Source: Alphaproteobacteria bacterium (GTDB lineage: Bacteria; Pseudomonadota; Alphaproteobacteria; MPNO01). From it: a stretch of 64,000 nt of DNA. The notes under the pieces are model-generated. The model was not told the DNA's origin. It ran no database searches and was given only the letters and a program-made list of their open reading frames with translations. Positions 27,494-35,411 of the stretch are shown here, one piece after another. The stretch is from the NCBI GenBank assembly GCA_964291675.2, contig OZ219866.1:3296001-3360000 (forward strand), read 5' to 3'. Position 1 is the stretch's first letter. Each line of letters starts with the position of its first letter. The translations under genes and the position numbers were made by a program.

Positions 27494-29773
27494 TCAGAAG
27501 GCGTAGCGCCAGTTGGCGAGCAGGCTGAGCTCGGGCTCCGCCGCGGTGTCGTGGCCGGGCTGGCGGGTCCAGCCGGCGCCGATCCCGAACTCGTCGCCGT
27601 TCGGCAGGGTGCGGCGCCAGCGCGCGGCGATGTCGATCTGCCGGCCGCCGGGCTCCAGCCCGGCCGACAGCGAGCGGCGCAGCACCCGCCCGTCCTCGGA
27701 GCGCCCGACGGGAAGCGACAGCCTGGCACGCCCGGCCTCGACGCGGAGCGGCTGCGCCGCCGAGAACCCGATGCGGTCGCCGTTCGCCAGCGTCCGCTCG
27801 GCGGAGAGCGCGAAGGCGCTGGTGGCGAGCGGCGAGACGGCTGCGATCATGCCGCCGCTTGCCTGCGCCCTGGCCGTGCCGAGCTCCGCGCCGGCGTCGA
27901 GCCGCCAGGCGCCCAGCGCCGCGCTCGCCTCGATGCCGGCGAAGGCGGCGTTGCCGGACAGCCGGCCGAAGGCGCCGGCGGCGGTGCTGCCGAGCATGGT
28001 TTGGCGTTCGCCCACCCATCCGCCGGTGAGACCCAGCCAGCCGCCATCCGGCCGCCACGACAGCGCGGCGCCGGAGGCCGGGCTGTGCCCGCGCATCCCT
28101 TCGCTCGAGAAGGCGGCGACGCGCAGCCCGCCCGGCTGCCCCGTGCCGAGGGCGAGGGCGCCGTCGGCGAGCGAGAGATGTCCGCCGCCGGTGCCGGGAT
28201 CGGGCGCCCGCAGGACGCCGACGCTCAACCGGTCGCCGGCGGTCAGCGCGGCGAAGCGGTGGCGCAGCGGCCCGGGGTCCGGATCGGCCCGCCGGGGTGC
28301 CGCGAAGGCGCGCAGCCGCGCCAGGACCGGGCGGCCGGGGTCGGGGGCGGAGAGGGCGTCCAGGGGATACCAGAACGGCGCGCCCAGCGAATCGAAGGCC
28401 GCAATCTCGTGACCGGCGAAGGTGCGGGCGAGCCCGTTCCCCAAGGGGCCGCCCGCCGTGAAACGCGTCCCGGAGAGGTTGCTGCCCCGGCCGCCGACCC
28501 GGTCGCCGCGGGCGACCATGGTGGTGCCGACCGGTGCCGTCGCGGCCTCCAGGTCCAACAGCCCCTGGCCGTAGACGCTGCTGTCGGCGTAGATGCCGCT
28601 CTTGTCCGCCGTCGCCAGCAGCCGCGAAACCAGCGCCGTATTGGGAAGCTGGTCGCGGAAGGCGTGCTTCATCACCGCCAGCCCGCCGGTCACTATCGGC
28701 GCGGCGTAGGAGGTGCCGTCGACGTCGGCCGCGCCCCGGATGCCCGGGGTCCCGTCATCTAGGTCGGGCCCGAAATAGGCCACGCGGACCCCCACCCCGG
28801 GCGCGGCGATGCACCAGTCGGCGGCGATGCCGCAGCGATTGGAGAACGGGGCGATCCGGCCGTCCCGGCCGATCGCCACGACGGCGATCACATGCCCGCG
28901 CAGCTCGGGGATCCGCACCGGCAGTCCCGCATCGATGTCGACCGACCTGGCGACGACCTTCTCGGCGACGCAGAGATCGGGGTTGCCGGTGAAATCCGCC
29001 GGGTCGCAGTCCCTGCCGTGGGCGTTGCCGGCGGCCCAGACGAAGACAGTCTTGTCGGTCGAACCGGCCTGTGCCAGCGCCGCGATCGAGGCGCCGAATA
29101 TGGCCCGGAGCTCTTGCTCCGAATACTGCTCGATGATGCCGTTTACGCCGAAGCTCATGTTCGTGAAATCGATGGTCCGGCCTCCGCCGGTCCAGCCGGT
29201 CACCGCGGTCGCCATCGACGCCCGACGATTGTCCGCGCTGCGCAGACCGGACAGCGAGATCGGGTTGTAGGACGGTCTGGGCCTGCCCAGTGGGATCGCG
29301 AACATCGCGATATCGGCGCCCCGGGCGACGCCGCGCGGCGCGTCCACCTCCGTGGCGATGGCATCGCTCGGGTTTCCGGCCATCACACTCGCGACCGCGG
29401 TGCCGTGCGAATATCGGTCGCCCGTCTCGTTGGTCGCGCTTCCCAGCAGAATCTCCGATACCGACTTGCCCGCGAATACCGGATGGTCTTCGTCGATGCC
29501 GGTATCGACCGCGCCGAGGGTCTGGCCGCTGCCGGGCGCGGTCGCGGCGCCGGGCAGGGCCTCCAGGCGGTTGTATGCCCGGTCCGCCCTGATCGTGCGC
29601 AGCCCCCACTGGTTGTGGAGGACCGCGCTCGCCGCCTCGTCGCCGTTCCCGCCGCCGCCGCCGCCGCAGCCAAAGAGGACCAAGGCGGCAAGCGCCGCGA
29701 TCCCCGCCCCCAGTCGTCGCCCGGTTCGACCGGATCGCGGACTGGCAGGCGCCATGCCGACGGAAGTATCCAT
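27494..29773 (-). CDS. S8 subtilase lipoprotein with C-terminal beta-domain (paralog 2)
   Basis: Lipobox VLFGC plus poly-Gly; AVDTG / HGTAVAS / GTSYAAP; ends WRYAF. Confidence 0.9.
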   Translation of the reverse strand: MDTSVGMAPASPRSGRTGRRLGAGIAALAALVLFGCGGGGGGNGDEAASAVLHNQWGLRTIRADRAYNRLEALPGAATAPGSGQTLGAVDTGIDEDHPVFAGKSVSEILLGSATNETGDRYSHGTAVASVMAGNPSDAIATEVDAPRGVARGADIAMFAIPLGRPRPSYNPISLSGLRSADNRRASMATAVTGWTGGGRTIDFTNMSFGVNGIIEQYSEQELRAIFGASIAALAQAGSTDKTVFVWAAGNAHGRDCDPADFTGNPDLCVAEKVVARSVDIDAGLPVRIPELRGHVIAVVAIGRDGRIAPFSNRCGIAADWCIAAPGVGVRVAYFGPDLDDGTPGIRGAADVDGTSYAAPIVTGGLAVMKHAFRDQLPNTALVSRLLATADKSGIYADSSVYGQGLLDLEAATAPVGTTMVARGDRVGGRGSNLSGTRFTAGGPLGNGLARTFAGHEIAAFDSLGAPFWYPLDALSAPDPGRPVLARLRAFAAPRRADPDPGPLRHRFAALTAGDRLSVGVLRAPDPGTGGGHLSLADGALALGTGQPGGLRVAAFSSEGMRGHSPASGAALSWRPDGGWLGLTGGWVGERQTMLGSTAAGAFGRLSGNAAFAGIEASAALGAWRLDAGAELGTARAQASGGMIAAVSPLATSAFALSAERTLANGDRIGFSAAQPLRVEAGRARLSLPVGRSEDGRVLRRSLSAGLEPGGRQIDIAARWRRTLPNGDEFGIGAGWTRQPGHDTAAEPELSLLANWRYAF

Positions 29774-29868
29774 TATACCATTTAATCATAGCTATTCGGA
29801 TATGTCACCTGCCGCACGGAGCGATCTCATCCGGCGCGCGACCGCCGACGCGAAAATTGCGCGACGGA

Positions 29869-32280
29869 TCAGAAGGCGTAGCGCCAGCCGGCGAGGAGGA
29901 CGAATTCGGAATCGGAAGCGGCGTCGTGGCCCGGCTGCCGGGTCCAGCCGGCGCCGATGCCGAGCTCGGCGCCGTCGGCGAGGGAGCGGCGCCACCGGGC
30001 GGCGATATCGATCTGCCGGCCGCTGGGCGCGAGACCGGCGGTGAGCCGCCGGCGCAGCACCGTTCCGTCGCGGGTGCGACCGACCGGAACCGCGAGACTT
30101 GCCCGCCCGGCCTCGATCCGAAGCGGCTGGGACAGCGAGAACCGCAGCCCGTCGCCGTTCGCCATGGCGGTTTCCGCTTCGACGGCGAAGGCGCTGGTGG
30201 CGAGCGGCGAGACGCGCGCGATCATGCCGCCCTGCGCCGCCGCCCTGACGGTGCCGAATTCGGCGCCGGCGCCGACCTGCCAGGCGCCGATGCGGGCCTT
30301 CCCCTCCACGCCGGCGAAGGCCGAGGCGCCGGACAGCCGGCCGAAGGCGCCGGCGGCGGCGCCGCCCAGCACGGTCTCGCGTTCCCCCACCCAGCCGCCG
30401 GTGACGCCCAGCCGGCCGCCGCCGGGCCGCCAGGAGAGCGCGGCGCCGGACGCCGGGTGCTGGCCGCGCACGCCCTCGGAGGAGAAGGCGAGGAGCCCGA
30501 GACCGCTCTCCGCCGCCGTGCCGAGGGCGAGGGCGGAGCCGGCGAGGGCGAGATGCCCGCCCTCCGCGCCGGACGGCGCCCGCATGACGCCGAGATGCAA
30601 CCGACCGCCGGCGGCGAGCGGGGCGAGGCGGGGGAAGAGCGGGCCGGCGCCGCCGTCTTCCCGAGGCGCCGTGAGGCCGCGCAGCCGCGCCAGGGCGGAG
30701 CGTTGCGGCGCGTCGCCGGCGAGGTCGCCGAGCGGCACCCAGAAGGGCGCGCCGAGCCGGTCGAAGGCGGCGATCTCGTGGCCGGCGAAGGCCCGCGCGA
30801 GCCCGTCCCCCATCGCGCCGCCGGGCACGAGCCGGGTTCCGGGCAGGCCGCTCGCCGGACCGTCGACCCGTTCGCCGAGCGCGAGCGCGGTTTCGCCGAC
30901 CGGTGCCGTCGCCGCGCCCAGATCCATCAGCCCCTGCCCGTAGACCTCGCGGTCGGCATAGATGCCGCTCTTGTCGGCGGTCGCCAGCAGCCGCGAGAGC
31001 AGCGTGGCGTTGGAGAGCTGGCCGCGGAAATGGTGTTTCATCACCGCCAGCCCGCCGGTCACCATCGGCGCGGCGAGGGAGGTGCCGCTGGGGCTGTAGG
31101 CGCCTCGCGCGCCCGGGCTGCCGTCGTCGGGATCGGGTCCGAAAAAGGCCGCGCGGACGGCCTGCCCGGGGGCGGCGATGCACCAGTCGGCGGCGATGCC
31201 GCAGCGGTTGGAGAAGGTGGCGATCTCGTAGTCGCCGTCGCCGTCGGCGTCGGGCGCGACCGCGACGACCGCGACCAGGTGACCCCGCAGCTCGGCGATG
31301 CGCGCCGGCAGGCCCGGCAGGATCTCGACCGACCTCGCGTTGACCACGCCGTTTACGCAGAGGTCGGGATTGCCGGTGAAATTGGCGGCGTCGCAGTCCC
31401 TGCCATGGCCGTTTCCGGCGGACCAGACGAAGACGGTCTTTTCGCCGGCGCCGGCCTGCGCCAGGGCGGCGATGGTATCGTCCAGCCCGTCGCGCAGCGC
31501 CTGTTCGCCGTATTGCTCGACGATACCCTCGTAGCCCACGCTGAGATTGACGAAGTCGAGGCTCCGGCCTCCGCTCGACCAGTTGAGCACATGGGCGAAC
31601 CTCGCCGCCCATTCGTCGTCCGCGCTGTCGGCTCCGCTCAGCGATACCGGCACGTATTCGCCGCCGGCCGATCCGGCAACGAGGGCGAACATCGCGATAT
31701 CGGCGCCCCGGGCGACGCCGCGCGCGGCGTCCACCGCCGCGGTGAACGCGGAGGAGGGCCGCCCGGCGATCACGCTGGCGACGGCGGTGCCGTGCGAGGG
31801 CTCGTCGCCGGTCTCGTCGGTCGCCCCGGCAAAGAAGTGCTCGGTCACCGTCTTGCCGGCGAACGCGTCGTGTCCGGTGTCGATGCCGGTGTCGATCAGC
31901 CCCACGGTGTGGCCGCTGCCCGGCTCGGTGCCGGCGCCATGCCCGAGCTCGAGTTGCGCATAGGCGCGGTGCGCGCGGATCGCGGTCAGCCCCCATTGGT
32001 TGGCGAAATCCTCCGCGCCGGCGTGGTCGTCCTGGAGAGACTGGCGCTGGCGTTGGAAAACCTGCGGTGACACGCAACCGAAATCCGCGGTTGGAATGCA
32101 CGTTTGCTGCGGCGGCGGCTCCGGCGGCATCGGCGGCGGCGGAGCCTCGACCCGCGGCTGCGGCGCGGAAGACTCCCCGCCACCCCCGCCGCATCCCCAG
32201 ACCAGGGAGATGGCGACCAGCAGGGAGCCGACGACCGCAATGGATCGCAACCGCACAAGCCTCCAGCCCGACATCCGCAT
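29869..32280 (-). CDS. S8 subtilase lipoprotein with C-terminal beta-domain (paralog 3)
   Basis: LVWGC plus poly-Gly and a Pro-rich linker; LIDTG / HGTAVAS / GTSLAAP; ends WRYAF. Confidence 0.9.
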   Translation of the reverse strand: MRMSGWRLVRLRSIAVVGSLLVAISLVWGCGGGGGESSAPQPRVEAPPPPMPPEPPPQQTCIPTADFGCVSPQVFQRQRQSLQDDHAGAEDFANQWGLTAIRAHRAYAQLELGHGAGTEPGSGHTVGLIDTGIDTGHDAFAGKTVTEHFFAGATDETGDEPSHGTAVASVIAGRPSSAFTAAVDAARGVARGADIAMFALVAGSAGGEYVPVSLSGADSADDEWAARFAHVLNWSSGGRSLDFVNLSVGYEGIVEQYGEQALRDGLDDTIAALAQAGAGEKTVFVWSAGNGHGRDCDAANFTGNPDLCVNGVVNARSVEILPGLPARIAELRGHLVAVVAVAPDADGDGDYEIATFSNRCGIAADWCIAAPGQAVRAAFFGPDPDDGSPGARGAYSPSGTSLAAPMVTGGLAVMKHHFRGQLSNATLLSRLLATADKSGIYADREVYGQGLMDLGAATAPVGETALALGERVDGPASGLPGTRLVPGGAMGDGLARAFAGHEIAAFDRLGAPFWVPLGDLAGDAPQRSALARLRGLTAPREDGGAGPLFPRLAPLAAGGRLHLGVMRAPSGAEGGHLALAGSALALGTAAESGLGLLAFSSEGVRGQHPASGAALSWRPGGGRLGVTGGWVGERETVLGGAAAGAFGRLSGASAFAGVEGKARIGAWQVGAGAEFGTVRAAAQGGMIARVSPLATSAFAVEAETAMANGDGLRFSLSQPLRIEAGRASLAVPVGRTRDGTVLRRRLTAGLAPSGRQIDIAARWRRSLADGAELGIGAGWTRQPGHDAASDSEFVLLAGWRYAF

Positions 32281-32357
32281 ACTTTTACAGCAACGGAATT
32301 CGGTTAGAATAGGGCAGCGAAGCGGCCGGTCGCGCCGCGCGAAGGGCGGAGGAATGA

Positions 32358-33191
32358 ATGCCGAAGGTGCTGACCGAAGAGCAGATCGAGTTCTTCAAGC
32401 GCGAGGGGTATCTGTTTCCGGTCGACGGTGTCGACAAGGAGAAGTGCGACGACCTGCTGGGCGCGATGAACCGGTTCGAGGACGACCAGGGGATCAACCC
32501 GGGGGTGTTCAAGCTCAAGGGCCATCTCTGCCTGCCCGAGACCTGGGATTTGATCCGCGAGCCGCGCATCCTCGACGCGGCCGAGGACATCATCGGGCCC
32601 AACATCCTCGCCTTCGGCTCGCGTTTCTGGGTCAAGCCGGCGGGCGACGGCTCGTTCGTCTCGTGGCACCAGGACTCGGCCTATTTCGGCTGCGAACCGC
32701 ACGACATGGTGACCTGCTGGCTGGCGCTCACCCCGGCCAACAGGGGGAACGGCTGCCTCAGGGTGATGCCGCGCTCGCACGAGGTGGGTTACGAGCACAA
32801 GGAGAGCCGCGAGAACGCCCCCGGCGAGGCGCCGGGCGAGAAGAAGAACATGCTGGGCCGCGGCCAGACCATCCAGGGGCTGGACGAGTCGAAGGCGGTC
32901 CACATGGAGCTCGAGCAGGGCCAGTTCTCGATGCACACCGAGCGCACCGCGCACGCATCCTATCCCAACAACTCGACCGAGACCCGGGTGGGCTACTCGT
33001 TCTTCCTGATCCCGCCGCATGTCAGGTCGACGCTGGAGCGCCGACCGGCGACGCTGGTCCGCGGGGTCGACGAGTACAACCACTGGGACACCGACCCGGT
33101 GCCGACCGAGGACCGGCTGCCCGAGCTGATCAAGATGATGCTGGCGCATAACGCGCAATACACCGACCCGAAGTTCAGGCAAAGCGCCTGA
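32358..33191 (+). CDS. Phytanoyl-CoA dioxygenase family Fe(II)/2-oxoglutarate oxygenase
   Basis: SWHQDSAY, NGCLRVMPRSH, HTERTAHASYPNNSTETRVG; GGAGG RBS. Confidence 0.9.
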   Translation: MPKVLTEEQIEFFKREGYLFPVDGVDKEKCDDLLGAMNRFEDDQGINPGVFKLKGHLCLPETWDLIREPRILDAAEDIIGPNILAFGSRFWVKPAGDGSFVSWHQDSAYFGCEPHDMVTCWLALTPANRGNGCLRVMPRSHEVGYEHKESRENAPGEAPGEKKNMLGRGQTIQGLDESKAVHMELEQGQFSMHTERTAHASYPNNSTETRVGYSFFLIPPHVRSTLERRPATLVRGVDEYNHWDTDPVPTEDRLPELIKMMLAHNAQYTDPKFRQSA

Positions 33192-33213
33192 GCGGGGCGG
33201 CGGGCGGAGAATC

Positions 33214-33345
33214 GTGGGCAAGAGCGAATACATCCTGGCCGGCGGCCTGCTGCTGCTCGGCGCGGTCTCGCTGCCGCTGGTCAAGGACGTCTATCTGGTC
33301 CAGGACATCGTGCTCGCGATCTGCAGCGGGCTGGGGTTCCAGTAG
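33214..33345 (+). CDS. Putative 43-aa small hydrophobic protein
   Basis: Not in the ORF track. GGAGA RBS plus GTG; MGKSEYILAGGLLLLGAVSLPLVKDVYLVQDIVLAICSGLGFQ*; GC-rich third positions; fills the intergenic gap. Confidence 0.6.
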   Translation: MGKSEYILAGGLLLLGAVSLPLVKDVYLVQDIVLAICSGLGFQ

Positions 33346-33347
33346 GG

Positions 33348-35411
33348 CTAGCGCCCCTCCCGGCGCCAGGCGAGCATCAGCACGCCGACGCCCAGCAGCA
33401 GCACCGCGAGCGGCGGCAGCAGCGGCACCTCGGTGATGCTGGTCACCCGGTAGTCGCGGTTGGCGACCAGCCCCATCCAGCCCGACCCCGAGGCGAGGCG
33501 GTCCGGCCGCACCCGGCGAAACGAGGGCAGGCCGTCGGCCAGCCAGACGATGCCGCCGCCGGTCCTGGCGGCGATGGCCGACAGCCTGTCGGCGGTCGTG
33601 CGCATGTCGGCGAACTCGACCGGGTTGGGGCTCGCCACCGCGGCGAGCGCCGTCCGCTCCCCGTCGCTCACCCGGTAGAGCCCCATCTCGTCCGGCGCCA
33701 GAATCGCCCGCGCCCGCCCGCCGCCTTCCTCGACGAGCTCGACGGCGGTGGTCGCGCCCGACGGGGCGGTGACCTCGACCGGCGGGTGGTCGCGCTCCAG
33801 GCTGCGCCGGGTGATGACCAGGCCGCGCCGTCCGGCGGCGACGCGGAGGTCGTTCTCCTCCAGATCCGGCTCCTTCATCAGCCAGTGCGACAGCCGCCGC
33901 AAAATCTCCGAATGCGGGCCGCCGGTCTCGAAGCCGCGCGCCCACAGCCATATGTGGTCGCTCAAGAGCTGCGCCACGCGGCCCTCGCCGACCCGGTCGA
34001 CGATCAGCAGCGGCCGCTCGTCGGCGCCCTGCATCAGGATCGTGCCGCGCGCCGCGCCGACCTCGACCTGGCGGAACCAGCGGCCCCAGCGCGACCGCGT
34101 TCCCGCCGCGCCGAACAGCTCGGCGGTGACCGGGTGCCGTTCGCCGATATCGCTCACCACCGGCTTGAAGCCGCGCTCGAACACCTGCCCGGTCGGCGCG
34201 CCCGGCAGGATCGCGCCGAGCGGCGTCTGGTACAGGCTGAGCGCCGAGGCGAAGCCCGGCCCCGCCACCTCCAGCACCGCGCCGCCGCCTTCGACGAAGC
34301 GCGCGATGTTGTCGAGATAGATCGCCGGCAGCACCCCGCGGCGGCGGTAGCGGTCGAAGATGATCAGGTCGAAATCGTCCAGCTTGACCTCGAACAGCTC
34401 GCGGATCGGGAAGGCGATCAGCGACAGCTCGCGCACCGGCGTCGCGTCCAGCTTCTCCGGCGGCCGCAGGATGGTGAAATGGACCAGGTCGACCGACGGG
34501 TCCGCCTTGAGGAAGTTGCGCCACACCCGCCCGCCGGGATGCGGCTCGCCCGACACCAGCAGCACGCGCAGCCGTTCGCGCACGCCGGATATCTCGACCA
34601 CGTTGCGGTTGTTGGCGCCGGTCAGCTCGCCCGGCCGGGCGTCGACCTCGAGCTCGAAGATGTTCGAGCCGGCGCGGTCGATCTCGACCTCGACCGTGCG
34701 CGCGGCGCCGATCGTCGCGTCGACGCGGCGGGCCGGCTTGCCGTCGCGCACGATCGCGATGCTGGCGGGGCGGCCGGCCTCGGCGGCGTCCTCGACGCGG
34801 ATCTCGATCCGCGCCTTCGAGCCGACCAGCCCGTAGCTCGGCGCCTTGTCGACGAACAGGATCCGGTCGTGCTCGCCGCGCCTGCCGTTGAGCAGCACGT
34901 GCAGCGGCCCGGCGAAGGGGAGCGCGTCCTCCGCGCCGGGGACGTCGTGAACCTGGCCGTCGGTCAGCAGCACGGTCCCGGCCATGCGCCGCCGCGACGT
35001 GCTCGACAGGCTGCGGCCCAGCGCCTCGAACAGCCGCGTGCCCTCGCCGGCGCCGGCGACCGCGCTCTTCTCCGCCCCCGCCCTGACCACGCGGACATCG
35101 AGATCGTTGAGCTTGTCCAATTTCGCGAGCAAGGTTTCCAAAATGTCTTCGGAGCGCGTTCGCCGACCGTCGATCTTCTGGCTGTCCGACTCGTCGACCA
35201 CCACCGTGACCAGGTCCGGGATCGGCTCGCGCTCCTCCTCGACCAGCGCCGGGTTGGCCAAAGCGAGCCACAGCGCGGCGAGGGCGAGGCTGCGCCAGCC
35301 CAGCCCGCGGGCGCGCGTGACCGCACAGAGCGCCAGCACGGCGAGCGCGAGCGCGCCGGCGGCGGCGAGCACGGTCCAGTCGAACATCGGCGCGAAGGCG
35401 ATCGAGGTCAT
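33348..35411 (-). CDS. Membrane protein with vWA-like and glutamine-amidotransferase-like domains (MoxR operon)
   Basis: N- and C-terminal TM segments, VVDESDSQ, LTDGQVHD, VSGEPHPGGRVWRNFLKADPSVDLVHFTILRPPEK. Confidence 0.82.
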   Translation of the reverse strand: MTSIAFAPMFDWTVLAAAGALALAVLALCAVTRARGLGWRSLALAALWLALANPALVEEEREPIPDLVTVVVDESDSQKIDGRRTRSEDILETLLAKLDKLNDLDVRVVRAGAEKSAVAGAGEGTRLFEALGRSLSSTSRRRMAGTVLLTDGQVHDVPGAEDALPFAGPLHVLLNGRRGEHDRILFVDKAPSYGLVGSKARIEIRVEDAAEAGRPASIAIVRDGKPARRVDATIGAARTVEVEIDRAGSNIFELEVDARPGELTGANNRNVVEISGVRERLRVLLVSGEPHPGGRVWRNFLKADPSVDLVHFTILRPPEKLDATPVRELSLIAFPIRELFEVKLDDFDLIIFDRYRRRGVLPAIYLDNIARFVEGGGAVLEVAGPGFASALSLYQTPLGAILPGAPTGQVFERGFKPVVSDIGERHPVTAELFGAAGTRSRWGRWFRQVEVGAARGTILMQGADERPLLIVDRVGEGRVAQLLSDHIWLWARGFETGGPHSEILRRLSHWLMKEPDLEENDLRVAAGRRGLVITRRSLERDHPPVEVTAPSGATTAVELVEEGGGRARAILAPDEMGLYRVSDGERTALAAVASPNPVEFADMRTTADRLSAIAARTGGGIVWLADGLPSFRRVRPDRLASGSGWMGLVANRDYRVTSITEVPLLPPLAVLLLGVGVLMLAWRREGR

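Noticed and set aside
25084-28402. Diversity-generating retroelement TR/VR pair
   Set aside because: No reverse transcriptase in the window; the repeat is ~930 bp and nearly identical rather than showing many adenine-specific mismatches.
22365-28762. Very long ORFs 22365..26426 (-) and 25163..28762 (+), and similar ones such as 58795..62502, 41502..44222 and 11209..13932
   Set aside because: Antisense or alternate-frame shadows of clear genes in high-GC DNA; Arg/Gly/Ala-rich with no motifs.
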